64,000 bases of DNA, from positions 1 through 64,000 of the forward strand of contig BTWA01000009.1 of the NCBI GenBank assembly GCA_045863295.1, read 5' to 3'. Below the pieces are notes generated by a model. The model was not told the DNA's origin. It searched no databases and saw only the letters and a program-made list of their open reading frames with translations. Each line of letters starts with the position of its first letter. The first letter of the stretch is position 1. This document shows positions 50,666 to 58,869 of this stretch, piece after piece. The position numbers and the translations under genes were made by a program. The DNA comes from Candidatus Hydrogenedentota bacterium. Lineage in GTDB: Bacteria > Hydrogenedentota > Hydrogenedentia > Hydrogenedentales > SLHB01.

Positions 50666-51079
50666 ATGTTGAGAACTCGTCTCTTGCACCCGGACTTGCT
50701 GTCTGCTCTTGCCGCGGCGGGACACGGCGCGCGCGTACTCATTACTGACGGAAACTTTCCCGCCAGCACCCATCTTGGCGACAGCGCCGAAGTCGTGTAC
50801 CTCAACCTTGCGCCCGGAAAACTGAACGTGACCGAAGTACTGGAAGTTCTTTTGACGGCAATACCTGTCGAGGAAGCTGCCGTCATGGAACCGGACGAAG
50901 GTCCGGAACCCGAGATTTTCGACGAGTTTCGGACCCTGATGCCCGAGCTGGACTTGGCAAAGTACGACCGGTTTGCCTTCTATGAAGAAGCAGCCAGTCC
51001 AGACACCTGTTTGATGATTGTTACGGGCGAACGCCGGATTTATGCGAATTTGCTGCTGACAATTGGCGTCGTGACCTGA
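50666..51079 (+). CDS. RbsD/FucU family sugar mutarotase
   Basis: LLHPDLL..LAAAGHG, I.DGNFP, RFAFYE, TGERRIYAN. Confidence 0.92.
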   Translation: MLRTRLLHPDLLSALAAAGHGARVLITDGNFPASTHLGDSAEVVYLNLAPGKLNVTEVLEVLLTAIPVEEAAVMEPDEGPEPEIFDEFRTLMPELDLAKYDRFAFYEEAASPDTCLMIVTGERRIYANLLLTIGVVT

Positions 51080-51216
51080 ATTCGAGCACGGAACTTATTC
51101 GCATTTTTCTTATTCCACGGCGACGCTGTAATCCCCTGTAAACATGACCGGATTTATGGCCCTAACAGCTTGTGAACAACCGGAATAGAACAAACAAATT
51201 ACCAACAAGGGATTAG

Positions 51217-51245
51217 TTGACACCCCTATAGACGCGTGTTATCAT
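51217..51245 (+). promoter_or_regulatory. Strong sigma70-type promoter TTGACA-N17-TATCAT with extended TG
   Basis: Near-consensus hexamers about 50 bp upstream of the GGAGG RBS and ATG 51294. Confidence 0.7.
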
Positions 51246-51293
51246 GCCCTCGGTAACCCAATAAACCTGAGCCACCCACGGAGGTAAGGTCTC

Positions 51294-53075
51294 ATGGCCG
51301 ATCAGAAAAAGCCTGGAAATCGACCCGATAACACGGACGATTTCGGCACGGCAGACGTCGGGGACAGCGACTTCGGAGCCCTTACGGGTGATGAATCCGG
51401 CCTCGGTAACCTGCCCCCACTGAGCGATTTCGAATCGTCCGCGGGGGGAGATTTTGACAGCGGCTTGCCCCCACTCAGCGGCATTGACACACCGGGCCCA
51501 GACCGAGCCCGCGATTCGGTCGGCGGGTTACCCCCTATCAGCGACATTCCAGTGGACACGCCCATGCCCACAGGCGGGGCAATTCGGCCCAAGCCAGCCG
51601 GCTTCTCCGATTCGCCCGCATTTGAAACGCCTGGATCCGGCAGCGCGTTCGACACGCCCAGCGGCTCCCACTTCCAGGACCTCGCCGCAGACAGCGACTT
51701 CACGCCGGAGACCCCGGAGCTTGCGCCTCCCGGACCCGAATCCGATATCGACACGCCCATGTTCGACAGCGCCTTTGGCGGCGGCACGGACTTCGGCGAC
51801 ACCTCGGACACGTCCGCGCCCACCCAGGCGATGGAAACGCCCATGTTTGGTGTCGACGACGAACCCGGATTTGACGCGGATGCCTTTGGTGCCGGAATGG
51901 GCGGCGTACAAGTACGCGCGCAACAAGGAACTCCCATGCCAGACTTTTCTCCTGATACCGGTGCTCCCACGCACAGCCCGATGGCCCCCATGGCTCCGGC
52001 CGGAGGTGGAAAATCCAAGGGCGGCGGCGGTGGATTGTTGGTCGGTGTTGGCCTCGGTGTTGTCGGTTTGATTGCCGGTATCGTGGCGTCGCCGTTCCTC
52101 GCGAATACACTGAGCTTTCTGCCCAATCCTCAACTGACAAAGATTGGGGAGTTGGAGCAAGATATAGATCAGAAAGACCAACAAATCACCCGGCTGACTC
52201 AGATGGAGAGCACCGGACAAGCCGCTGGAATCAGCCCGGAAGACATGGACAAGCTGATCACCCAGAAGGAAGAGTTGGTTTCCAGCATTGAGCAACTGAA
52301 CACCCAACGCACTGATGTACAAACCAGCCTCGACACGCTGTCCGCCGATCGGGACAACGTCCAGAAGGACCTTGATGCGCTGAACGCTCAGTTTGCGCAG
52401 GCGCAGTCTGACTACGAAGAACTCGTGAACCAGACAGCCATCGTCACGGCGCGCCGTGACGGCCTCACGGCCGAGGTGGACCGCCTTGAAGGCCTTACGG
52501 GCCGCCTCGAAGACGCCAACCAGCGACGTGCCATGACGCTTGCCGCTTTGGTTAGCGACCTCGAAGAGCTGGAAGTGCTGATTCGCGAGGGATCGCCCTT
52601 GACCCCGCCCAGCTACAGCCGGGAAGCGCGCATCACCCGCATCCAGGATCTGAAGGGCAAGGCGCAAAGCGCCAAATGGGTCGATCCCGCGTTGTTGGAT
52701 GAATACACCAACATGTACCTGGATGAGTTGAAGATTGCTGGCACACGCGAATACTTCTACGCGAAGATCCCCGTACGCGACCGTTTCGGCACGCCGTCCG
52801 AGCAATGGGCCGAATGCCTGATGAACGGCAACTGGAGCGTCTACTACCGTACGCTCGACGGCAAGCATATCGGCGTGTTTGAAAACCTCGCCATGGAAGG
52901 AACGCCGAACTACGGGTTCAACGAGAAGCTTCCCAAGGAAGTCCAGCTTCGCATCGAACAGGAAGTGTTTGCCAAACGCCCGGTCGGGTTTGAACAGCAA
53001 CTCGTCCAACTCGCCGGCAAGCAAAACGTCCAGGACGAAAAATCGGATATGCAGCGCCTCTACGATTCGCTGTAA
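51294..53075 (+). CDS. Hypothetical bitopic protein: acidic disordered N-terminus with repeats, TM helix, long coiled coil, C-terminal domain
   Basis: 593-aa ORF with its own promoter, RBS and terminator. Confidence 0.85.
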   Translation: MADQKKPGNRPDNTDDFGTADVGDSDFGALTGDESGLGNLPPLSDFESSAGGDFDSGLPPLSGIDTPGPDRARDSVGGLPPISDIPVDTPMPTGGAIRPKPAGFSDSPAFETPGSGSAFDTPSGSHFQDLAADSDFTPETPELAPPGPESDIDTPMFDSAFGGGTDFGDTSDTSAPTQAMETPMFGVDDEPGFDADAFGAGMGGVQVRAQQGTPMPDFSPDTGAPTHSPMAPMAPAGGGKSKGGGGGLLVGVGLGVVGLIAGIVASPFLANTLSFLPNPQLTKIGELEQDIDQKDQQITRLTQMESTGQAAGISPEDMDKLITQKEELVSSIEQLNTQRTDVQTSLDTLSADRDNVQKDLDALNAQFAQAQSDYEELVNQTAIVTARRDGLTAEVDRLEGLTGRLEDANQRRAMTLAALVSDLEELEVLIREGSPLTPPSYSREARITRIQDLKGKAQSAKWVDPALLDEYTNMYLDELKIAGTREYFYAKIPVRDRFGTPSEQWAECLMNGNWSVYYRTLDGKHIGVFENLAMEGTPNYGFNEKLPKEVQLRIEQEVFAKRPVGFEQQLVQLAGKQNVQDEKSDMQRLYDSL

Positions 53076-53099
53076 GCCGGAAAGTAGAACGTCACAACA

Positions 53100-53130
53100 A
53101 GCCGCACGCGATACCGCGTGCGGCTTTTTT
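53100..53130 (+). terminator. Intrinsic terminator
   Basis: AGCCGCACGCG-ATAC-CGCGTGCGGCT followed by a T-tract. Confidence 0.9.
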
Positions 53131-53168
53131 GTGTACTTGATACTAGGTTGATCACCTGGAGCACGGCC

Positions 53169-53531
53169 ATGGTTGTCTTCAGCAGGTATCTTGCACTCCT
53201 GTTCGGCATTGGTCTCGCCATCGGCGAAGCCGTGATCAATTGGGGACACTGGCAATACGCGCCCCTATGGATCGTGGACTACATTATCGCGGGCTGGCTG
53301 CTCCTCGGGTTTGTACGCACCCGCGACAAGGAGTGTGCAGGATCGTTGCAGGCCCCGTGGGCGTTTACGTGCGGCGTATTCTACATGGCGCTGTTTGTAA
53401 GCCTGAATCTGAAACGCGATCACCCTGAATTGTACGGACATTCAAATACCATGCTGTATCTCATCGGAGGTATGCTTCTGCTGGCACTGACAGGGCTGGC
53501 GACTGCAACCGTGGCGGCTAGAAAGTCATGA
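53169..53531 (+). CDS. Small 4-TM hypothetical membrane protein
   Basis: GGAG RBS, four hydrophobic segments; stop overlaps the GNAT start. Confidence 0.7.
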   Translation: MVVFSRYLALLFGIGLAIGEAVINWGHWQYAPLWIVDYIIAGWLLLGFVRTRDKECAGSLQAPWAFTCGVFYMALFVSLNLKRDHPELYGHSNTMLYLIGGMLLLALTGLATATVAARKS

Positions 53532-53944
53532 TAGAAGGAATGACCGCAACTCCCGGGATGGCGACCGAATTGGCCCGCATGAACCAGAAACTAATAGCCG
53601 ACGAAGGCCATCGAAATCCCATGACGTTCGAAGAACTGCGGCAGCGCATGCTCGCGTGGCTATCCAGCGAATACGAAGCCACCGTACTTCGATGCGATGC
53701 CAAGACGGTAGGCTACGCCCTATTCCGCCGCGAAACCGAATTCATCTACCTGCGTCAATTCTGGATAGCCCCGGAGTACCGCCGGAGAGGCATCGGCCGG
53801 GCGGCCATTGCCTGGCTCGAAACGAACGTCTGGCACGGCCATCGAATCCGTCTCGACGTACTCGTCAACAACGCGCCGGGCATCGCATTCTGGCGCGCCG
53901 TTGGCTTCGAGGACTATTGTTTGACGATGGAAAAGAATGCCTGA
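53528..53944 (+). CDS. GNAT N-acetyltransferase
   Basis: YRRRGIGR acetyl-CoA motif; N..GIAFWRAVGF. Confidence 0.92.
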   Translation: MIEGMTATPGMATELARMNQKLIADEGHRNPMTFEELRQRMLAWLSSEYEATVLRCDAKTVGYALFRRETEFIYLRQFWIAPEYRRRGIGRAAIAWLETNVWHGHRIRLDVLVNNAPGIAFWRAVGFEDYCLTMEKNA

Positions 53945-53969
53945 AGCCCGGCATTACCCGCTGAACTGA

Positions 53970-55106
53970 CTAAGCCTTTTTCGGTTTCTTTACAAATTCC
54001 GTATACGAATCCACGAAGGACGCCTTAACCGATGCGGCCGCCTTGCGAATGGCCGCAGCCTCTTTCTCGCTAGTTACCGCGCCAAACTCAAGGGTCACTT
54101 TCTTCGATGCGCCCGGCCGCAGTGAATGCAGCAGACCCAACGCCTCATCCACATGCCGGCCCTCGACGCCGCAATTGCAGGGCTCGAACCCCACGACATA
54201 ATCTTGCTCGCCCATCTGTTTCCACACCACGAACCGCGGGAGTTCTTTCACGTTGTACCGGATGTACGTACCTAGGCCACAGCCACGCTTGAACCCGTCG
54301 TTCACGATTGCGGTTGTCGCAAACCCTTTCGCGTCTCCGGCGACATCGAGGTAATACACCTTCTCCTTGTACGCATGCACCGGCGGACCGCACTTCCACC
54401 AGGATTCCTTGCCGTTCCGTGCTTCCTCATCGCGCGGCGCGACATGCTTGACCGGCACAATCATTTCCGATCCGTCGTCCACCACCGGCCAGCCCATGTT
54501 GCAGTGATACAGCAACTGGTACGCAGTCTCGCTAAACCCCTCGTTGGTTATCACATCGTGCAACGTGAACGACGTGCTCCCAAGTTTTGTCGATATCGTG
54601 CGCGTTAGCGCCAGGTTCTCGCCGAATACCACGGTCTCGCGCATCGTCCCGGTTATCGATAATATATAGTCGTCACCCTGCCACTCTTGCCGGATCTGGA
54701 TGTTGCGCGCCGGTGCATGGCCGATGCGCCCGTGCAGTCCCGTGCCGAGCAACGCGGATTCCGGCCTCGGCGCGCCCACGTTCATCAAGCCGCACGTGGC
54801 CACCAGCCCGCCCGTGTAACTGCGCAGCCAGCGGATGCCTTCTGCCTCGTAATACTGCGGTGCGACGTCGCCGCACGTGGATCGCCAGCCCATGGCCTGT
54901 CCGTTGAAGGAAACCGACGAAATGTCCATGCACCGGTCCAGCAAAACCGTAAAGGCCAGACCGCTTCCCGTATGCACCAACGCCGCGCGCGACGGCCGTT
55001 CGTTGCCGTCGTCCAGTTGCACCGTGCGAATCGCCGCAATCTGATCCAGATTGCCAACCCGACGCCGCAAATCGGCAACGGTGTATTTCTTGCCATAAAT
55101 GTCCAT
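53970..55106 (-). CDS. Aldose 1-epimerase-like protein (DUF4432)
   Basis: LDRCMDI, TCGL.NVGAP, LHGRIG, LYHCNMG, GFEP. Confidence 0.85.
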   Translation of the reverse strand: MDIYGKKYTVADLRRRVGNLDQIAAIRTVQLDDGNERPSRAALVHTGSGLAFTVLLDRCMDISSVSFNGQAMGWRSTCGDVAPQYYEAEGIRWLRSYTGGLVATCGLMNVGAPRPESALLGTGLHGRIGHAPARNIQIRQEWQGDDYILSITGTMRETVVFGENLALTRTISTKLGSTSFTLHDVITNEGFSETAYQLLYHCNMGWPVVDDGSEMIVPVKHVAPRDEEARNGKESWWKCGPPVHAYKEKVYYLDVAGDAKGFATTAIVNDGFKRGCGLGTYIRYNVKELPRFVVWKQMGEQDYVVGFEPCNCGVEGRHVDEALGLLHSLRPGASKKVTLEFGAVTSEKEAAAIRKAAASVKASFVDSYTEFVKKPKKA

Positions 55107-55130
55107 ATTGCCCCCAAGCCCCCGTTGTGA

Positions 55131-55262
55131 CTACAGGAAAATGCGATCAATCCAGTAAAAGAGATTCTCGATAATCTGTGGACTCCACGGCAACAGAAAA
55201 TTGTTGATATCCAGCCAGAAGAAGATCCACTGAAATACCGCATTGATGATAACCATCACCAT
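55131..55262 (-). CDS. Small hydrophobic peptide B (43 aa)
   Basis: MVMVIINAVFQWIFFWLDINNFLLPWSPQIIENLFYWIDRIFL*; GCGGGG upstream; fills the gap before the epimerase. Confidence 0.6.
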   Translation of the reverse strand: MVMVIINAVFQWIFFWLDINNFLLPWSPQIIENLFYWIDRIFL

Positions 55263-55277
55263 ACCCCGCTGTTAACG

Positions 55278-55394
55278 TTACAAAACCGCAATAAACAAAT
55301 TAAATACGGACCGGAGAATGTTGAACCACTCGATCAGCAACTGAATCAGGCTGATGATGGGTCCACCAAAAAATGTCAGGTCGTCATACAACAT
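55278..55394 (-). CDS. Small amphipathic peptide A (38 aa)
   Basis: MLYDDLTFFGGPIISLIQLLIEWFNILRSVFNLFIAVL*; GGGAG RBS; TATAAT on the minus strand at 55455-55460. Confidence 0.6.
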   Translation of the reverse strand: MLYDDLTFFGGPIISLIQLLIEWFNILRSVFNLFIAVL

Positions 55395-55503
55395 GCGCAT
55401 CTCCCAACTACACGCCTCGCGGAACCGCGCTGCAAGGCGTATCCCAAAAATCGTATTATACGGATATGCCGCCCGCAATGAACACGTGCCGGACCAACAC
55501 GAA

Positions 55504-57045
55504 ATGACGAATCACGAATACCCATGGACCGACATCCAACTGTGGATTGAACCTCTGCTCGCCGCGGCATACGCGGATACCGCAAACCCGGTCCGCGCCG
55601 GGGAATGGCTGGATACCCTACAACTCATTCTCGCGCTCGTGTCGCACGCCCAAATCGAAGAACACAACCCCGGCCCGTGGGTTGAGAGACTCGCCACTCT
55701 TCCCGATTGTCGAAAAGCCGTGGTCCTCTCCGGCAATGCCTCGCTCTGCCGTTGCGATGTGTCGCTCATGGACGCATGCGTGCGGCTTCTCATGCGTGGA
55801 GCCGAAATGTCGCGCGATTCGACGCCCGTTCTCGAACTCGTCATGGAAAAGGACACTCCTGCGTTGTCGCTCGGATTTGACGGGTTCGGGCGCATACCGG
55901 CCTCGCTGGAAATCGGCCATGGACTCCGGTTGCCGCGCAATCTCGTGGAACAAGCCTGGACCCGCGCAACCGGAGGCGGCCGAATCGATGCCGATGGCGG
56001 AGGACTCCTCTTGCGCCTGAAGGGCGTACGTATGATTCCCCCGGCGCTCCAGGAGGCAGACGACTGGAATCAACGCATCGCCGCTCTTCGGAGTGAACAA
56101 TCTCCAGACCCGGCCCTGTGGCTTTCGTGCCTGTCTGATTTGGCCCATTCAAAACCTGTCATGGAGCCTGTCTCACTCGATGGGCTTTTCCGCGCCGCGT
56201 ATAGCCGGCACCAACCCATGCTCGACGAAGCCGGGATTCGAGTGGAAACCGCGATTGACCCCGCACTTCCTCCCATAGCTGTACACAGAAACGTCCTCGG
56301 CCGCTCGTTCAGCCACCTGTGCATGGCCCTGCCGGCCTCACTTCCCAATGGCGGCGGTGCGTCACTCGCGCTTTCGTACGATTCACAGCGTTGGACCGTT
56401 GTACTCAGCGCGACCCTACGAGGCGACGGCATGCGAAGCGTACCGGAAATCTATCAAGCCGTATTCAAATGGATCTTCGAAACTTTGCACGACGGCCAAT
56501 GTGAATTCGGTCTGCAGGAGAACCACGTCACGGCAATCTGTACCCTGCCCGATCGGATCGGACGATCCGTCGAAACCTGGATTCCCGAAAGCAGGCATCT
56601 GGCCGATGCGTCGCGCAAAATGATCCGGCTCTTGAAGAGCGGCGGGCCCACGCCCCCCGAATCGTTCATCCTGGCGGGAGTATTGGAACAGGAATTGGAG
56701 CGATGGCTCATGCCGATGCTGTCCAGTCCCTTGATGGTAAACCTCGCGCACGAAATCGGAAACGGTGTGCAAAAATCGCCGCGTACGCACAACGATCGCC
56801 TCGAAAAAGTGCTGGCTCAAATCGCGCGCCGCAAACCCAAGAAAGAGATTTGCGCACCGGCGTATGCCGGCGTTCTGATTGCCGCGCTTGCAGACAACGC
56901 GCGAGGACGTCTTGCATTGGGCATGCCCGACACGGCTCAGGACAAGCTCCATCAACTGGCGGCTGCAATGTCAGCCGATCCCGTGGACGATCTGGGTGCG
57001 CTTCGTGCCGTAGCCCTCTTGCGCGCCCTGGCAAACCCCTCATGA
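55504..57045 (+). CDS. Hypothetical protein with degenerate HATPase_c-like domain(s)
   Basis: EPVSLDGL...GIRVETAIDPALPPIAVH...GGG...LHDGQCE resembles HATPase_c but lacks N/G1/G2 boxes; start uncertain. Confidence 0.6.
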   Translation: MTNHEYPWTDIQLWIEPLLAAAYADTANPVRAGEWLDTLQLILALVSHAQIEEHNPGPWVERLATLPDCRKAVVLSGNASLCRCDVSLMDACVRLLMRGAEMSRDSTPVLELVMEKDTPALSLGFDGFGRIPASLEIGHGLRLPRNLVEQAWTRATGGGRIDADGGGLLLRLKGVRMIPPALQEADDWNQRIAALRSEQSPDPALWLSCLSDLAHSKPVMEPVSLDGLFRAAYSRHQPMLDEAGIRVETAIDPALPPIAVHRNVLGRSFSHLCMALPASLPNGGGASLALSYDSQRWTVVLSATLRGDGMRSVPEIYQAVFKWIFETLHDGQCEFGLQENHVTAICTLPDRIGRSVETWIPESRHLADASRKMIRLLKSGGPTPPESFILAGVLEQELERWLMPMLSSPLMVNLAHEIGNGVQKSPRTHNDRLEKVLAQIARRKPKKEICAPAYAGVLIAALADNARGRLALGMPDTAQDKLHQLAAAMSADPVDDLGALRAVALLRALANPS

Positions 57046-57089
57046 TTCCCGCAAACGCGGGCCGTGCGCGGCAATAAGGGCATCCAAGA

Positions 57090-57472
57090 ACGCACGCGAC
57101 CGGCGAATAGTACCCGACCAAGAGGTGCCGCAACCTCACCACCACCCCGAGATATTCGCGATACACCCGTGGGGACTGAATCCATTCAAGCAGGGGAGGG
57201 TTCGACTCTCGGAACAGGCCCAGCGCCTTTCTCAAATCCCATCCGTTGATGTCCAGATTCCTCGCTATCGGCGGTTCGATGACAACGCGACCCGAATCCA
57301 GTGACAAATACCACGCAGGCCGGTGAATGTATAGAAAACGAACGTCGCTGTCCGTTGATGCGAATCCCCATGCGCGGCTGCCGGATTCGCAGGCATAAAG
57401 AATGCAGACATCCTCGTTGCGCTCGATTGGGTCGAGCCGGTGCCGCATTTCAGCGTGGACATGAAGCGACAT
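57090..57472 (-). pseudogene. Truncated YcgL/RlaP-like nucleotidyltransferase
   Basis: ILYACESGSRAWGFAS.DSD-VRFLY, DINGWDLRKAL.L...SNP.LLEW..SP; the usual DSDYD is shortened to DSD and homology ends after about 127 aa. Confidence 0.75.
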
Positions 57473-57600
57473 ACGTCAATAGTACCGGATTCCGTGCGGT
57501 TTCCCGTGAGCGGGTTGTGGGCTCTTCTGTCGTTAGGCATTGTCGAACGGTGCTGGCCCGTGGTATACCGAATCCGGTCGATGAAAATAAGGGGAGCAGT

Positions 57601-58869
57601 ATGAAGTTCCAATTACAGTCCCATAGGCCATGGGCTCTACTGGCCTTTGCCTGTGTGCTCACTGCACTCCTGGCAGCTTGCCCGCTGATGGCGCCGCCGC
57701 CCGACGGCGATCCGGACCCCGATCCCAACGACGACGGTGACAACGGGGGACCCACCGAAGAACCCCCAATCGCCCTGCAACTCTATGCATCTGGTTTTTT
57801 TCAGCCCCTGTTTGTCGGTTCGCCCCCTGGAGACCTTCATCGCCTCTTCGTTGTCGAGCGCACAGGCAAGATCTGGATCATCAAGGATGGCGATCGGCTG
57901 TACACACCGTTTCTGGATGTCTCGACCCTCGTGCAAACCGCTGCCTTTGAGCAGGGCCTTCTCGGGTTGGCGTTTCACCCCCAGTACGCGCAGAATGGCT
58001 TTTTCTACATCGGCTACACTGAACTTGACGGCACGGTTGTACTCGCGCGCTACTCGCGAAGTCAGGCCAAGCCCAACGAGGCCGATCCGGCCACCGCGAA
58101 GATACTGCTGCGCGTTCCGCAGCCGCGAGCCAATCACAATGGCGGCATGGTCGCATTCGGACCGGACGGCTATCTGTATTTTGCGCCGGGCGACGGTGGC
58201 ACATCCGCCGGCCCGCAAAACACAGCTCAGATGCTCACCACGTTGCTGGGCAAGATGCTCCGCCTCGACGTCGATAACGGCGATCCCTATGCCATCCCGC
58301 CGGACAACCCTTTTGTAAACGATCCCAATGCGTTGGGCGAAATCTGGGCCTACGGTTTGCGCAATCCATGGCGCTGGAGTTTCGATTCGGATACCGGCGA
58401 CCTCTACATCGCCGACGTGGGGCAAAGCCACCGCGAAGAACTGAATTTCCAACCCGCCTCCAGCGCAGGCGGGCAAAACTATGGGTGGTACACCGCCGAG
58501 GGATTTGCCTGTCTCGGGGGCGGGGGCAACTGCGGCACGAACGACGGATTTACTCCGCCCATTCTGGATCTCACGCGCGATCTCGCCCAATCCATCACCG
58601 GCGGGTATGTCTATCGCGGCATCGCCATGCCCGGACTGCACGGAACGTATTTCTTCGGTGATTTCATGAGCAAACGCATCTGGTCCCTCAAATACGACGG
58701 CACCACCATTTCCAATTATCTTGATCGGACCACCGAACTCGCGCCCCCGGCCGGCTTGACCATCGCCAGCATTGCCTCCTTTGGTGAGGATGGATTCGGC
58801 GAAATCTACTTCTGTGACTTGTTGCAAGGCCGCATCTATAAAATCGTCCAAGCGGAGCCCGAATCGTGA
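57601..58869 (+). CDS. PQQ-dependent sugar dehydrogenase (GSDH beta-propeller) lipoprotein
   Basis: Lipobox LAAC; EQGLLGLAFHP, NHNGG...FGPDGYLY, GKMLR, YGLRNPWR, SITGGYVYRG. Confidence 0.92.
   Translation: MKFQLQSHRPWALLAFACVLTALLAACPLMAPPPDGDPDPDPNDDGDNGGPTEEPPIALQLYASGFFQPLFVGSPPGDLHRLFVVERTGKIWIIKDGDRLYTPFLDVSTLVQTAAFEQGLLGLAFHPQYAQNGFFYIGYTELDGTVVLARYSRSQAKPNEADPATAKILLRVPQPRANHNGGMVAFGPDGYLYFAPGDGGTSAGPQNTAQMLTTLLGKMLRLDVDNGDPYAIPPDNPFVNDPNALGEIWAYGLRNPWRWSFDSDTGDLYIADVGQSHREELNFQPASSAGGQNYGWYTAEGFACLGGGGNCGTNDGFTPPILDLTRDLAQSITGGYVYRGIAMPGLHGTYFFGDFMSKRIWSLKYDGTTISNYLDRTTELAPPAGLTIASIASFGEDGFGEIYFCDLLQGRIYKIVQAEPES

Noticed and set aside
51528..53255. 575-aa antisense ORF
   Set aside because: Shadow frame of the GC-rich coiled-coil gene, which has its own promoter, RBS and terminator
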